Below are positions 11,280 through 21,520 of a DNA stretch of 64,000 nt, piece by piece. The stretch covers positions 800,001 through 864,000 of the forward strand of contig CAXNJO010000001.1 of NCBI GenBank assembly GCA_964202905.1, given 5' to 3'. The translations under genes and the position numbers were made by a program. The notes under the pieces are model-generated. The model did no database searches, was not told the origin of the DNA, and saw only the letters and a list, made by a program, of their open reading frames with translations. The stretch comes from Polyangiales bacterium. GTDB lineage: Bacteria > Myxococcota_A > Polyangia > Polyangiales > JADJQN01. Every line of letters begins with the position of its first letter. Position 1 is the first letter of the stretch.

Positions 11280-11467
11280 GCATGCGCGGGAGGGTGGACA
11301 TCTTGGACCTCCGGGTACTGCGGGCGCTGTGCGTGCCTGCCCACCACTGTGGGGACGCGCGCGCCGAACGCGCAACCCGGCGGCGTTGCGCGCTGGACGC
11401 CCCTGTGGTCGCGTGCTCTCCTCCGCCCCGCTTGCGCGCACCCCGCGCGCCGCGAGGCACGCCTCCC

Positions 11468-12142
11468 ATGACCGCCACGCTCGGGGCCATCGCGCTCGGT
11501 CTCCTCGTCGGCGCGCGCCACGCGTTCGAGCCGGATCACCTCGCCGCCGTCGGCACGCTCGTGGCCGACGCGCGCGGTCCGCTGCGTGCGGCCTGGCTCG
11601 GCGCCGCGTGGGGGCTCGGGCACACCGTCGCGCTCGGCGTGGTCGCGTGCGCGCTCGCGCTGCTCGGTGCCGCGCTGCCGGCGGGGCTCGAGCGCGCGCT
11701 GGAGCTCGGCGTCGCGGCGATGCTCCTCGCGCTCGGCGTCCGCGGGATCGTCGAGGCGGTGCGCGACCACCGTCGCGGTCCGGCGTTCCGGCATGCGCAC
11801 GGCCTGCACGCGCACGCGCACGGCGGCGCCGGCGCGCACGTCCACGTCGCGGGGCGCACGCTCGCGCTGCGTCCCTTCGTCGTCGGCGTCGTGCACGGCC
11901 TCGCCGGGAGCGGCGCGCTCACGGCGCTCGCGACGGCCGCCTTCCCCGACGTGCGCGCGCGCCTGCTCTACGTGCTGCTCTTCGGGGCGGGCTCGGTGCT
12001 CGGGATGGCCGCGATCAGCGGGCTCGCCGGCTTCCCGCTCGCGCGTCTCGCGCGGTCACCGCGAACGCACCGCGCCTTCTCGCTCGCCGTCGCGCTCGGG
12101 GCCGTCGCGACGGGCCTCGCCTGGGGCTGGAGCGCCGTCTGA
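11468..12142 (+). CDS. NiCoT/UreH-like nickel/cobalt transporter
   Basis: RHAFEPDHLAAV, WGLGHT, His-rich loop HAHGLHAHAH, GVVHGLAGSG, FGAGSVLGM. Confidence 0.88.
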   Translation: MTATLGAIALGLLVGARHAFEPDHLAAVGTLVADARGPLRAAWLGAAWGLGHTVALGVVACALALLGAALPAGLERALELGVAAMLLALGVRGIVEAVRDHRRGPAFRHAHGLHAHAHGGAGAHVHVAGRTLALRPFVVGVVHGLAGSGALTALATAAFPDVRARLLYVLLFGAGSVLGMAAISGLAGFPLARLARSPRTHRAFSLAVALGAVATGLAWGWSAV

Positions 12143-12182
12143 GACGCGGCCTGCGCGGCGCCGCCGGCCCCGCGTCGCGACC

Positions 12183-12818
12183 TCAGCCGGGCGTGTAGGG
12201 CGTCACGCCATCGGGGCCGACGACGCCGACGATCGCCTCGAGCGCGGGCGGCTCGGGCTGCGCGAGCGCGCCCGCGACCGAGCCGACGAGGATCCACCCG
12301 AGGAGCCGCTCGTGCGGCGCGAGCCCGAGCAGCGCCGAGAGCGCGTCGCCCCGATCGAACGGCACGTTCTTCCACACCGCGCCGAGCCCGAGCGCGTGGG
12401 CGGCGAGCGCGATCGCGTAGCCCGTGCAGGCCGCGCTCGCGTGCTGCTCCCACTCGGCGATCTTGTGGCCGACGCGCGGCGAGGCGACGAGCAGCACCAG
12501 CGTGGGCGCGGCGAAGGCCTTGGCGCGCACCTTCTCGAGCGCCGCCTCCGGCGCGTCGGGGCGCGCCTCGCGCATCGCGCCGACGAGCGCCTCGCCCACG
12601 CGCGCGCGGCCCGCGCCCGACGCGACGAGGAAGCGATATGGCCGCAAACCCCCGTGATCCGGGACGGTGGTGCCCGCCTGCAGCAGCTGCGCGAGCTGCG
12701 CGGGGCTCGGCCCGGGCTCGACGAGCGCGGCGTGGCTGCGGCGCGAGAGGATCACCTCGATGGCTCCCTCGACCGGGGTGCGCGGATCGGGCGGGGCGGG
12801 CTTGCGGAGCAGCGACAT
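12183..12818 (-). CDS. Nitroreductase family protein (YdjA-like)
   Basis: [33 protein letters not shown]. Confidence 0.88.
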   Translation of the reverse strand: MSLLRKPAPPDPRTPVEGAIEVILSRRSHAALVEPGPSPAQLAQLLQAGTTVPDHGGLRPYRFLVASGAGRARVGEALVGAMREARPDAPEAALEKVRAKAFAAPTLVLLVASPRVGHKIAEWEQHASAACTGYAIALAAHALGLGAVWKNVPFDRGDALSALLGLAPHERLLGWILVGSVAGALAQPEPPALEAIVGVVGPDGVTPYTPG

Positions 12819-12904
12819 GGGCGGGGTTCTCGTGTGTCCCGGGGCGTCGCGCAAGCCGGTCGATCGCGGGCGTCGTCCGGCGTTATGGCGGAGCCGCATC
12901 CGGT

Positions 12905-12933
12905 TTGACAGTCGCGCACCGCTCTTCTACAAG
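12905..12933 (+). promoter_or_regulatory. Putative sigma70 promoter of metK
   Basis: TTGACA-17 bp-TACAAG; AGGAG RBS at 12991-12995 before ATG 13000. Confidence 0.65.
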
Positions 12934-12999
12934 CGCCGCTCGACGCGTCGCTCCCGTCCGCGCAGCGTGGCCGCGGGTGCCGACTTTCCAAGGAGATCC

Positions 13000-14316
<1,317 letters not shown>

Positions 14317-14340
14317 TCCCGGGCCGCTCCCGTTCCCCGG

Positions 14341-14370
14341 CGCGCCGCTGAACCACCATTCAGCGGCGCG
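14341..14370. terminator. Perfect 12-bp stem hairpin after metK (palindrome family copy 2)
   Basis: CGCGCCGCTGAA-ccacca-TTCAGCGGCGCG between convergent genes. Confidence 0.7.
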
Positions 14371-14409
14371 TTGCGTTGGGGGGCCGTGCGCGCGCGGTGC
14401 GCGGCGCGC

Positions 14410-15021
14410 TCAGGGGGCGGGGCGCGCCGCGAGGACCTCGGCGACGTCGGGCCGCCGCACGCGCCAGACGAGAAACGCGTACGCGAGCGCGAAGACGCCC
14501 GAGACGGCCGCGTAGAGCAGGAGCGCGATGCCGCCGAAGCCGGGCCCACCGCGCGCGAGCTCCGCGGCGGCCTCGGGGGGCAGTTGTCCGGCGGCCTCCG
14601 CGTAGCGCAGGTAGGCGCGATCGAGCTCCGGGTGCGCGCGCAGCGCGGCGCCGAACGAGACGCAGTCGCCCACCGTCCACGCGAGGTTCGCGAGCGCGGC
14701 CTGCGCGAGCCACCACGGGCCCGTGCGGCGCCCGACGACGAGCGTGCCCGAGGCGAAGAGGAGCAGCGCCGCGACCGCGAGCCCCGCGGCGCCGACGGCG
14801 CGGCGGTGTGCGGGCTTCAGCAGCGCGTCGCTCATCACGGCCGCGAACTCCGTGTAGGCCTGCAATTCGGCTTCGTTGCGGTGCCCTTGCAGCGCAGCCT
14901 CCGGGGGCGTCGCCGGCGGCGTCAGCGCCGAACACGAGCGCATCACCCCGCAGTTGCCGAGGATGAAGGCGAGGCCCGACACGAGGAGGATGGCGCGGGC
15001 GCCGCTGGGGATTCGAGCCAC
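14410..15021 (-). CDS. Hypothetical membrane protein
   Basis: 203-aa ORF with about 4 hydrophobic segments. Confidence 0.65.
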   Translation of the reverse strand: MARIPSGARAILLVSGLAFILGNCGVMRSCSALTPPATPPEAALQGHRNEAELQAYTEFAAVMSDALLKPAHRRAVGAAGLAVAALLLFASGTLVVGRRTGPWWLAQAALANLAWTVGDCVSFGAALRAHPELDRAYLRYAEAAGQLPPEAAAELARGGPGFGGIALLLYAAVSGVFALAYAFLVWRVRRPDVAEVLAARPAP

Positions 15022-15187
15022 CGGCGCGGATCTACTTCCGGGCCGCGCGCGCGCAAGGGGGCCGTGGGGACGCGCGCGGCGCGTGCCGGGTCACGCGGCC
15101 CGTGCCACGCTGCGAATCTTCCGCGGCGCGTCGTCGGCGGGTGTCGCTCGGTGGATGGGTCGCTCGGCCGGTCCAGGGGGGGAGACG

Positions 15188-15751
15188 ATGGAGCTCCGGA
15201 TCAACGTGGTGCTGCTCTCGATCCTCGCGTGTGCGTGGGCGACGTTGTCCACCTCGGAGCCCGCGGCCGCCCTCGATCCGGCCTCTCCGGCGACGCGTGC
15301 GCTGGCCGCCCTCGAGGACGATTTTGCCGTGCACCCGGGCGATCTCCGCCTCGCGCGTGCCCTCTCGACCGCCTACCTCGAGGTCGACCGCCCCGGCCTC
15401 GCCGTCGCCGCGCTGCGCGCCGCCGACCCCACGCTGCTCGAGGACCCGACCCTCGCGCACCGCCTCGCGCAGGCCTACGAGCGTAGCGGCCGCGTGCTCG
15501 ACGCCCTCGCGACGGCCGACCTCGCGCTGCAGCGCTGCGCGCGCGCGCTCGGCGCACCGGAGGCGTCGGAGGTGACCCCGGTGCCGCGCTTCGGCTGCTC
15601 GGAGCGCACGTACGCGTCGCTCGACGTCCACCGCAGCGCGCTCGGCCACATGGTGCGCTGGGGCGTCGCCGAGCCCGCATCCGACGCGCGCGCGGCCGTC
15701 GCCTACCGCCTCGCGACCCGCTCGGCGACGCTCGCCTCCGCCGCGGAGTAG
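15188..15751 (+). CDS. Secreted helical (TPR-like) hypothetical protein
   Basis: GGAG RBS, signal peptide MELRINVVLLSILACAWA, helical repeat-like LAQAYERSGRVLDAL. Confidence 0.65.
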   Translation: MELRINVVLLSILACAWATLSTSEPAAALDPASPATRALAALEDDFAVHPGDLRLARALSTAYLEVDRPGLAVAALRAADPTLLEDPTLAHRLAQAYERSGRVLDALATADLALQRCARALGAPEASEVTPVPRFGCSERTYASLDVHRSALGHMVRWGVAEPASDARAAVAYRLATRSATLASAAE

Positions 15752-15909
15752 CGGCCGGCGCAACCCCAGGCCGCTGCGCGCGTCTATCCGCGCGGGCGGA
15801 GGCGCCCTCGCGCGCGGATTCGGGGTGATTCAGCGCTGCCGCGGGACGGCGCCGCGCGGTGCGCCCCTTCCCCTCGGGGCGCGGCGACCCCATTCTGCCC
15901 AGTCGGTTC

Positions 15910-17643
15910 ATGCATCGCATCGTCCGAGCGTTCGAAGCCGCGAGGCCCGCCGCGACCCCCGACTTCACGTCGACGCGCCTCGCGTGGCTCATCAAGCTGC
16001 GCTGGCTCGCGCTCGCGGGGATCGGCGCGGGCGCCCTGCTCGCGGCATCGGGCGCGTACCCTGGCGTGCACTGGCGGCTGCTCCTCGGCTCCGCGGCGGT
16101 CGGCGCGGCCTACAACGGCGCGCTCTTCGTGTGGATGCGGCGGAGTGGCGCGGCGGACCACGCGCCCGAGCGCGCCCGCCGCCTCGCGACGGCGCAGGCC
16201 ATCGTCGACATGCTCCTGCTCACGGTCGTGCTCTGGGCGGCCGGGGGCGTCCGCACGCCGTTCGTCGCGCTCTACGTCTTCCACGTCGCGCTCGTCGGGA
16301 TGCTCGGCGGGGCGCGCGCGACGCTCGTCGCGGCATCGGTCGCCGTCGGATGCGCGGGGCTGCTCGCGCTCACGGACTTCATGCCCGGCATGCGCATCGG
16401 CGTCTGGCACCCGAGCGAGACCTGGCAGCACGTCGCCGATTTCGCGGCGTTCACGAGCACGATCGGCGCGGTGGCGTACATCGTCACGCACGCGATGAAC
16501 GAGCTGCGTGCCCGCGAGCGCGCGCTCGGTGACGCGCAGGCCCGCGCCGCGCTCGAGCTCGAACTGCTCTCGACGACGCTGAACCAGCTCGACGCCGGGC
16601 TCGAGGTCGTCGGGTCGGACGGCGCCATCGTCTGGCGCAACAAGCGCGCCGAAGAGCTCGCGCCGTTCGCGGGCGACGCGCGCTCCTGGGAGGGCGTCTC
16701 GTCGCCGCGCGGCGCGGGGAGGCGGCGTTTCCGCGCGCACCTGCCCGCGGGCGAGCGCGTCTACGAGCGGCACGAGCTGCCCCTCGAGGCCGACGCGCGG
16801 GGCCCGCAGCGCACGATGAATCTCTACCTCGACCACACGGCCGCGACGCTCGCGGAGCAGCAGCTCCTGCTCGCCGAGCGCCTCGCGAGCCTCGGCCGCG
16901 TCGCGCAGGGCGTCGCGCACGAGCTGAACACGCCGCTCGCCACGATCCGCACGCTTGCGACGGATGTGCGCGAGGTCATCGGTGTCCTGCGCAACCCCGA
17001 GACGGGCGCCGAGCGGCGCGAGGCCCTGCTCGTCGACATCGACGAGTCCGCGGCGCTCATGGCGGACGAGACGCGCCGCCTCGGGCGCATCACGCAGTCG
17101 CTGCTCGCGGGGGGCGACCTCGTGCGCACCGCGATCGACGGTCAGGTGCGGCTCGCGGCGGTCGTCGAGCGCGCGCGGGCGCTGGTGTTCGCCGGCGTGC
17201 AGGACGGGCCCGAGGTGCGCGTCGATGCGGACGTCGACGAGCTGAGCGTCGCGGCCGATTCGGACCGCCTCGTGCAGGTTCTCGTGAACCTTCTGCAGAA
17301 CGCGTCGGACGCGGTGCGGGATCGCGGCGCGCACGTCGCGGTGCGCGCGTGTCGGCAGGGCAGCACGGTGGCGCTCATCGTCGAGGACGACGGCCCCGGC
17401 GTGGACCCGGCGATCCGCGCGCGCCTCTTCGAGCCCTTCGCCTCGACCAAGCCGCCCGGCGAAGGCACGGGTCTCGGCCTCTACACGTCGTTCATGCTCG
17501 TCGAGGCGATGGCAGGCACGCTCTCCCTCGAGCCCCGCGAGGGCGGGGGTACCCGCGCGACGGTGCGCCTCCCGGCGGCGGCCACGCGGCGCCACCGCAC
17601 GCCCCATCAGGCCTTCGTGTTCGACCGAGGAGATGCACGGTGA
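15910..17643 (+). CDS. Membrane sensor histidine kinase (NtrB/PilS-like)
   Basis: Multiple TM helices, GVAHELNTPL, VNLLQNA, DDGPG, FEPFASTK, GTGLGL. Confidence 0.92.
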   Translation: MHRIVRAFEAARPAATPDFTSTRLAWLIKLRWLALAGIGAGALLAASGAYPGVHWRLLLGSAAVGAAYNGALFVWMRRSGAADHAPERARRLATAQAIVDMLLLTVVLWAAGGVRTPFVALYVFHVALVGMLGGARATLVAASVAVGCAGLLALTDFMPGMRIGVWHPSETWQHVADFAAFTSTIGAVAYIVTHAMNELRARERALGDAQARAALELELLSTTLNQLDAGLEVVGSDGAIVWRNKRAEELAPFAGDARSWEGVSSPRGAGRRRFRAHLPAGERVYERHELPLEADARGPQRTMNLYLDHTAATLAEQQLLLAERLASLGRVAQGVAHELNTPLATIRTLATDVREVIGVLRNPETGAERREALLVDIDESAALMADETRRLGRITQSLLAGGDLVRTAIDGQVRLAAVVERARALVFAGVQDGPEVRVDADVDELSVAADSDRLVQVLVNLLQNASDAVRDRGAHVAVRACRQGSTVALIVEDDGPGVDPAIRARLFEPFASTKPPGEGTGLGLYTSFMLVEAMAGTLSLEPREGGGTRATVRLPAAATRRHRTPHQAFVFDRGDAR

Positions 17644-19037
17644 CCCAGGGAAGCGTCCTGATCGTCGACGACGACCCCGAGTTCCGTTTCGCGATGCGCA
17701 AGGCCCTCGCGCGGCTCGGCTACGACGTGTCCGAAGCGCCCGGCGGTCGGGAGGCGCTGAGCGCCCTCGCCCGCGGGACGCCCCCGGACGCCGCGCTCCT
17801 CGACCTGCGCATGGAGGGGCTCGACGGGCTCACCGTGCTGCGCCGCCGCGGCTCGTGCCCGACGCGGATCATCGTGCTCACCGGGCATGGCACCGTGCAG
17901 GCCGCGGTCGATGCGATGCGCCTCGGCGCGTTCTCGTTCCTCGAGAAGCCCTTCGAGACCGAGGTGCTGAGGCCGCTGCTCGCGCAGGCCGTCGCCGAGA
18001 CGCAGCGCGCGCGCAGCGGCCAGGGTGCGCCGGTCCCGCGCCTCGTCGGGACGAGCGCCGCGATCGACGAGGTGCGCCGCTTCATCGCGCGCGTCGGGCC
18101 GACGGACGAGACCGTCGCGATCTACGGCGAGACGGGCACGGGCAAGGAGGTCGTCGCGCACCACCTCCACCTCGCGAGCGGCCGCGCGCGGCGCCCCTTC
18201 GTCGCGCTCAACGCCGCGTGCGTCCCGCGTGAGCTCTTCGAGAGCGAGCTCTTCGGCCACAAGAAGGGCGCGTTCACGGGCGCGACGGCCGATCACAGCG
18301 GCCTCTTCCGCGACGCGAACGGCGGCACGCTCTTCATCGACGAGCTCGGCGAGCTCCCGCTCGACAGCCAGGCGAAGCTCCTGCGCGCGCTCGAGACGCG
18401 GCACATCCGGACGGTCGGCGACAACAAGGAGACGTCCGTCGACGTGCGCATCCTCGCCGCGACGAACCGCGATCTCTGGGCGGAGGTGCGCGCCGGCCGC
18501 TTCCGCGAGGACCTCTTCTTCCGCCTGCAGGTCCTGCCCGTGATGCTGCCCCCGCTGCGCGCGCGGCTGCCGGACATCGTCCCCCTCGCGGAGGAGCTGA
18601 TGCTGCGTGTCTCCCCGCAGCCGCGCCTCTTCACGGCCGACGCCCGCGTCGCGCTCGAGAGCTACGATTGGCCCGGGAACGTCCGGGAGCTCTTGAATGT
18701 CTTGCGCCGTGTCTCTCTCTTTGCGGACGGCGAGGCGATCGACGGTGCGCTGGTGCGCCGGATGATCTCCGCGAGCGTCTTCGCGCAAGCCCACGCCGAG
18801 CGTCAGGAGCAACGAGTCATGCCCACCCCGCTTCGTAACCCCGAGCCGATGCTGCAGGACATGCCGGTGAAACCCATCACCACGAACCTGGCGGACGTCG
18901 AGCGCCAGCACATCGAGAGCGTGCTGCTGAGCATGGACCACAACATCACGCGCACCGCCATCGCGCTCGGGATCGACCGCCGGACGCTGCAGCGTAAGCT
19001 GCGCGCCTATGGCTACGCGAGCACCGGCGACGACTGA
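17640..19037 (+). CDS. Sigma-54-dependent response regulator (NtrC family)
   Basis: REC domain, GETGTGKE, GAFTGA, FREDLFFRL, WPGNVREL, Fis-type HTH; GTG start overlaps the kinase stop. Confidence 0.95.
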   Translation: MTQGSVLIVDDDPEFRFAMRKALARLGYDVSEAPGGREALSALARGTPPDAALLDLRMEGLDGLTVLRRRGSCPTRIIVLTGHGTVQAAVDAMRLGAFSFLEKPFETEVLRPLLAQAVAETQRARSGQGAPVPRLVGTSAAIDEVRRFIARVGPTDETVAIYGETGTGKEVVAHHLHLASGRARRPFVALNAACVPRELFESELFGHKKGAFTGATADHSGLFRDANGGTLFIDELGELPLDSQAKLLRALETRHIRTVGDNKETSVDVRILAATNRDLWAEVRAGRFREDLFFRLQVLPVMLPPLRARLPDIVPLAEELMLRVSPQPRLFTADARVALESYDWPGNVRELLNVLRRVSLFADGEAIDGALVRRMISASVFAQAHAERQEQRVMPTPLRNPEPMLQDMPVKPITTNLADVERQHIESVLLSMDHNITRTAIALGIDRRTLQRKLRAYGYASTGDD

Positions 19038-19566
19038 GCCCCGCTCCGAGCTGCGCCGCGCGCGCACCGCCTCACCCCGGCAGCGCGTTGTCGTCGGGGC
19101 CGCCACGGCGAGCAGCCTGGCCCTCGGCGCCGTGATCGTGGGCTGCGGGGGCGCGACCCTGCCCGGGGCAGAGAGCGCGGACGAGGACACGCCGCGCGAG
19201 CGCGTGGCCGTCGCGTTGCGGCTCGAGGACGCGGGCGTGCGCGCGGGGACGGACCTGCCCGAGAACCGCGTTGTGCTCGCGTTGATCCGCGAGGCCGACG
19301 GACGCACCGAAACCCACCGCGCCGATCTCGCCGGGGGTGCTTGCACGCACGCCGCGCCCACGGCGGGCGCGCTCGCGACGGTGGGTTGCTGGTGGGCCGG
19401 CGCGGGCGCGCGCTACGACCTCGTTCGCAGTGGTGACGCGTTGATCGTGCGCCGCGTGCGTCTCGACGAGGCGCTGCCGCACGAGCTGCCGGCCGAGCCG
19501 GTGCTGCGCGTCGCGCTCTCGGCGGCGGCCCGCGTCGACGTCGTCGCGTCCGACGCCGCGCGCTGA
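19009..19566 (+). CDS. Putative lipoprotein (start uncertain)
   Basis: Lipobox-like LALGAVIVGC; CWWAGAG motif. Confidence 0.55.
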   Translation: MATRAPATTEPRSELRRARTASPRQRVVVGAATASSLALGAVIVGCGGATLPGAESADEDTPRERVAVALRLEDAGVRAGTDLPENRVVLALIREADGRTETHRADLAGGACTHAAPTAGALATVGCWWAGAGARYDLVRSGDALIVRRVRLDEALPHELPAEPVLRVALSAAARVDVVASDAAR

Positions 19567-19578
19567 GGCCCCGCGCGA

Positions 19579-19594
19579 CTGAATCACGGTTCAG
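19579..19594. repeat. Short palindromic element CTGAATCACGGTTCAG (copy 3)
   Basis: Identical to 11009-11024; lies between convergent genes. Confidence 0.7.
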
Positions 19595-19660
19595 CGCCGT
19601 CCCCCTCTCGTGGCGAGCCTGTGCGCCCGCGCCGTGTCGGCGCCGTCCGCGGCGGCGCGG

Positions 19661-21483
19661 TCAGCCGCGCGGTGGCGCGTCGTCGTGCGTCCCGAGCGCG
19701 GCCCCCGAGCGCGACGTCTCGACGTCCGGCGGCGGCCCTTCGAGCGTGAGCACCACGTGGACCTCGGCGCCGCCGCGCGCCGCGGCGGGGTCGGCGCCGG
19801 GCGGCAGCGAGTCCCCGCGCGCGAGGGGCTCTGCGTCCCCGAGCTCGATCGTCGCGCCGTGCTCGCCGAGGATGCGGTGCACGATCGCGAGGCCGAGGCC
19901 GGTGCCGCCCGCGCGCGTCGTGAAATACGGCTCGAAGACGCGCTGGCGCTCACTGCCGGGCGGGAAGCCCGGGCCGTTGTCGCGGACGCGCAGCGCCACG
20001 CCGCCGGACGCGTCGGGCCCCGCGACGACCTCGACGAGGGCGGCCGTGCCCTCGCCTCCGCCGTGCCGCGCGCGGGCCGCCTCGGCCGCGTTCTGCACGA
20101 GGTTCACGAGCACCTGCGTGAGCTGCTCGCGGTCGGCCCGCACGAGGGGCAGCGTCCCTGCGACGCGCACGCGGAGCGGCACGTCGCGCGTGACGTGCAT
20201 CGCCTCGAGGTGCGCGAGTAGCTCGCGCAGGTCGAGCGGCTCCGGGCGCGGGCGCGGCAGCCGCGCGAAGCGGGAGAACTCGGTGACGATGCGCTCGAGG
20301 CGGCGCACCTCTTCGAGGATCATCTGCGTCGACTCCTCGAAGATCTCGGGGAAGTCGGGGTGCGCGCGCGCGTACGTCTTGCGCATCGTCTCGATGCTCA
20401 CCTGGATGGGCAGCAGCGGGTTCTTGATCTCGTGGGCGATGCGCTGCGCGATGTCGCGCCACGCGGCGATGCGCTCGGCGCGCACGAGGCGGCGCTGCGC
20501 GGTCGTGAGCTCGCGCGTCATGTGATCGAAGGCGGCCGTCGCGCGGCCCGCCTCGCCGCGCGGGCTGCCGCCGATGGTGGAGGCGAGATCGCCCGACGCG
20601 ACGCGCGCCGCGGCCGCCTCGAGGCTCGCGAGCGGCCGCGTCGTCGCCCGCGCGAGCAGAACGCCCATCAGCGCCGCGAAGAGCGCCGCCGCGAGCAGCG
20701 CGAGGCCCACGGTGCGATCGATCGCCGCGAGCGCTGCGCGGTGCGGCGCGTCGTCGCGCACGGCCACGACGCGCAGCGCCGGTGCGCCGGCCGCGTCGGC
20801 CAGCGTCGCGACGTCCCGCGTCGTACCCGGCATGACGCCCGACTCGCCCGCACCGCGCAGCGCGAGCCGCGTCGACTCGCCATCGGCCCCGAGCCCAGCG
20901 AGCAGACGCGCATCGAGCGCGCGGCCCGCGACGACGACGAGCGGCGCCGCGCCCGTGCCCGCGGTGCAGGCGACGAAGAGCGTGGGTGTGTTGCCATCGC
21001 CGCGAGATGGTGTCGTGTCCGACTCGGTGCAGGCCGCACGAAGGCGCGACTTCCCGCCGCGAGCGCGTCGCGGACCAGCGCCTCCTCGCGTCGCACGTCG
21101 CGCGTCGCCGCGGGCGCGCGGCCGAGCACCGTGCCGTCGGCGTCGAGCACGGTGATCGCGTCGGCGTCGAGCGACTGCAGCAACCGCGGGCTGCTCGCGG
21201 CGAGCTGCGTGAGCGCGTCCACTTCGGGCAGCCCCGCCTCGCGTGCACGCACGAGCGCGTCGATCGCCGCGTCCCCGTCGCACAGCCGCTCGACCCCGCG
21301 GCGGTCGCTCGCGAGGCGCGCGTCGAGCGCCCGGCGCGCGCGCGTGACGGCCTCGGCGAGGCGCGCGACGTGCGCGGCCTCGCGACGCGCCACGAGCGCG
21401 CTGCGCGCCCAGAGCCCCACGGCCATCGTCGGCAGCAGCGCCGCGCAGAGCACGGCGAGCACGACGCGGACGCGCAGGCTCAT
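19661..21483 (-). CDS. HAMP-domain sensor histidine kinase, NtrY-like (frameshift near 21040)
   Basis: N-terminal TM in frame 20668..21483; second TM, HAMP, WRDIAQRIAHEIKNPL, DNGPG and GTGLGL in frame 19661..21283. Confidence 0.88.
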
Positions 21484-21520
21484 CGCGTCTTCGCCGCGAG
21501 ACGCCGGGCGTGCGCGCGGC

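Noticed and set aside
11468..12142. Urease or hydrogenase operon
   Set aside because: Only the transporter is present; no structural or maturation genes in the window
12934..12999. SAM riboswitch upstream of metK
   Set aside because: The leader from the predicted promoter is only about 60 nt and shows no SAM-riboswitch consensus that I can recognise; an Rfam scan would be decisive
15815..15837. Fifth copy of the CTGAA-N6-TTCAG palindrome
   Set aside because: Only one arm matches (GTGATTCAGC) and the context is not convergent
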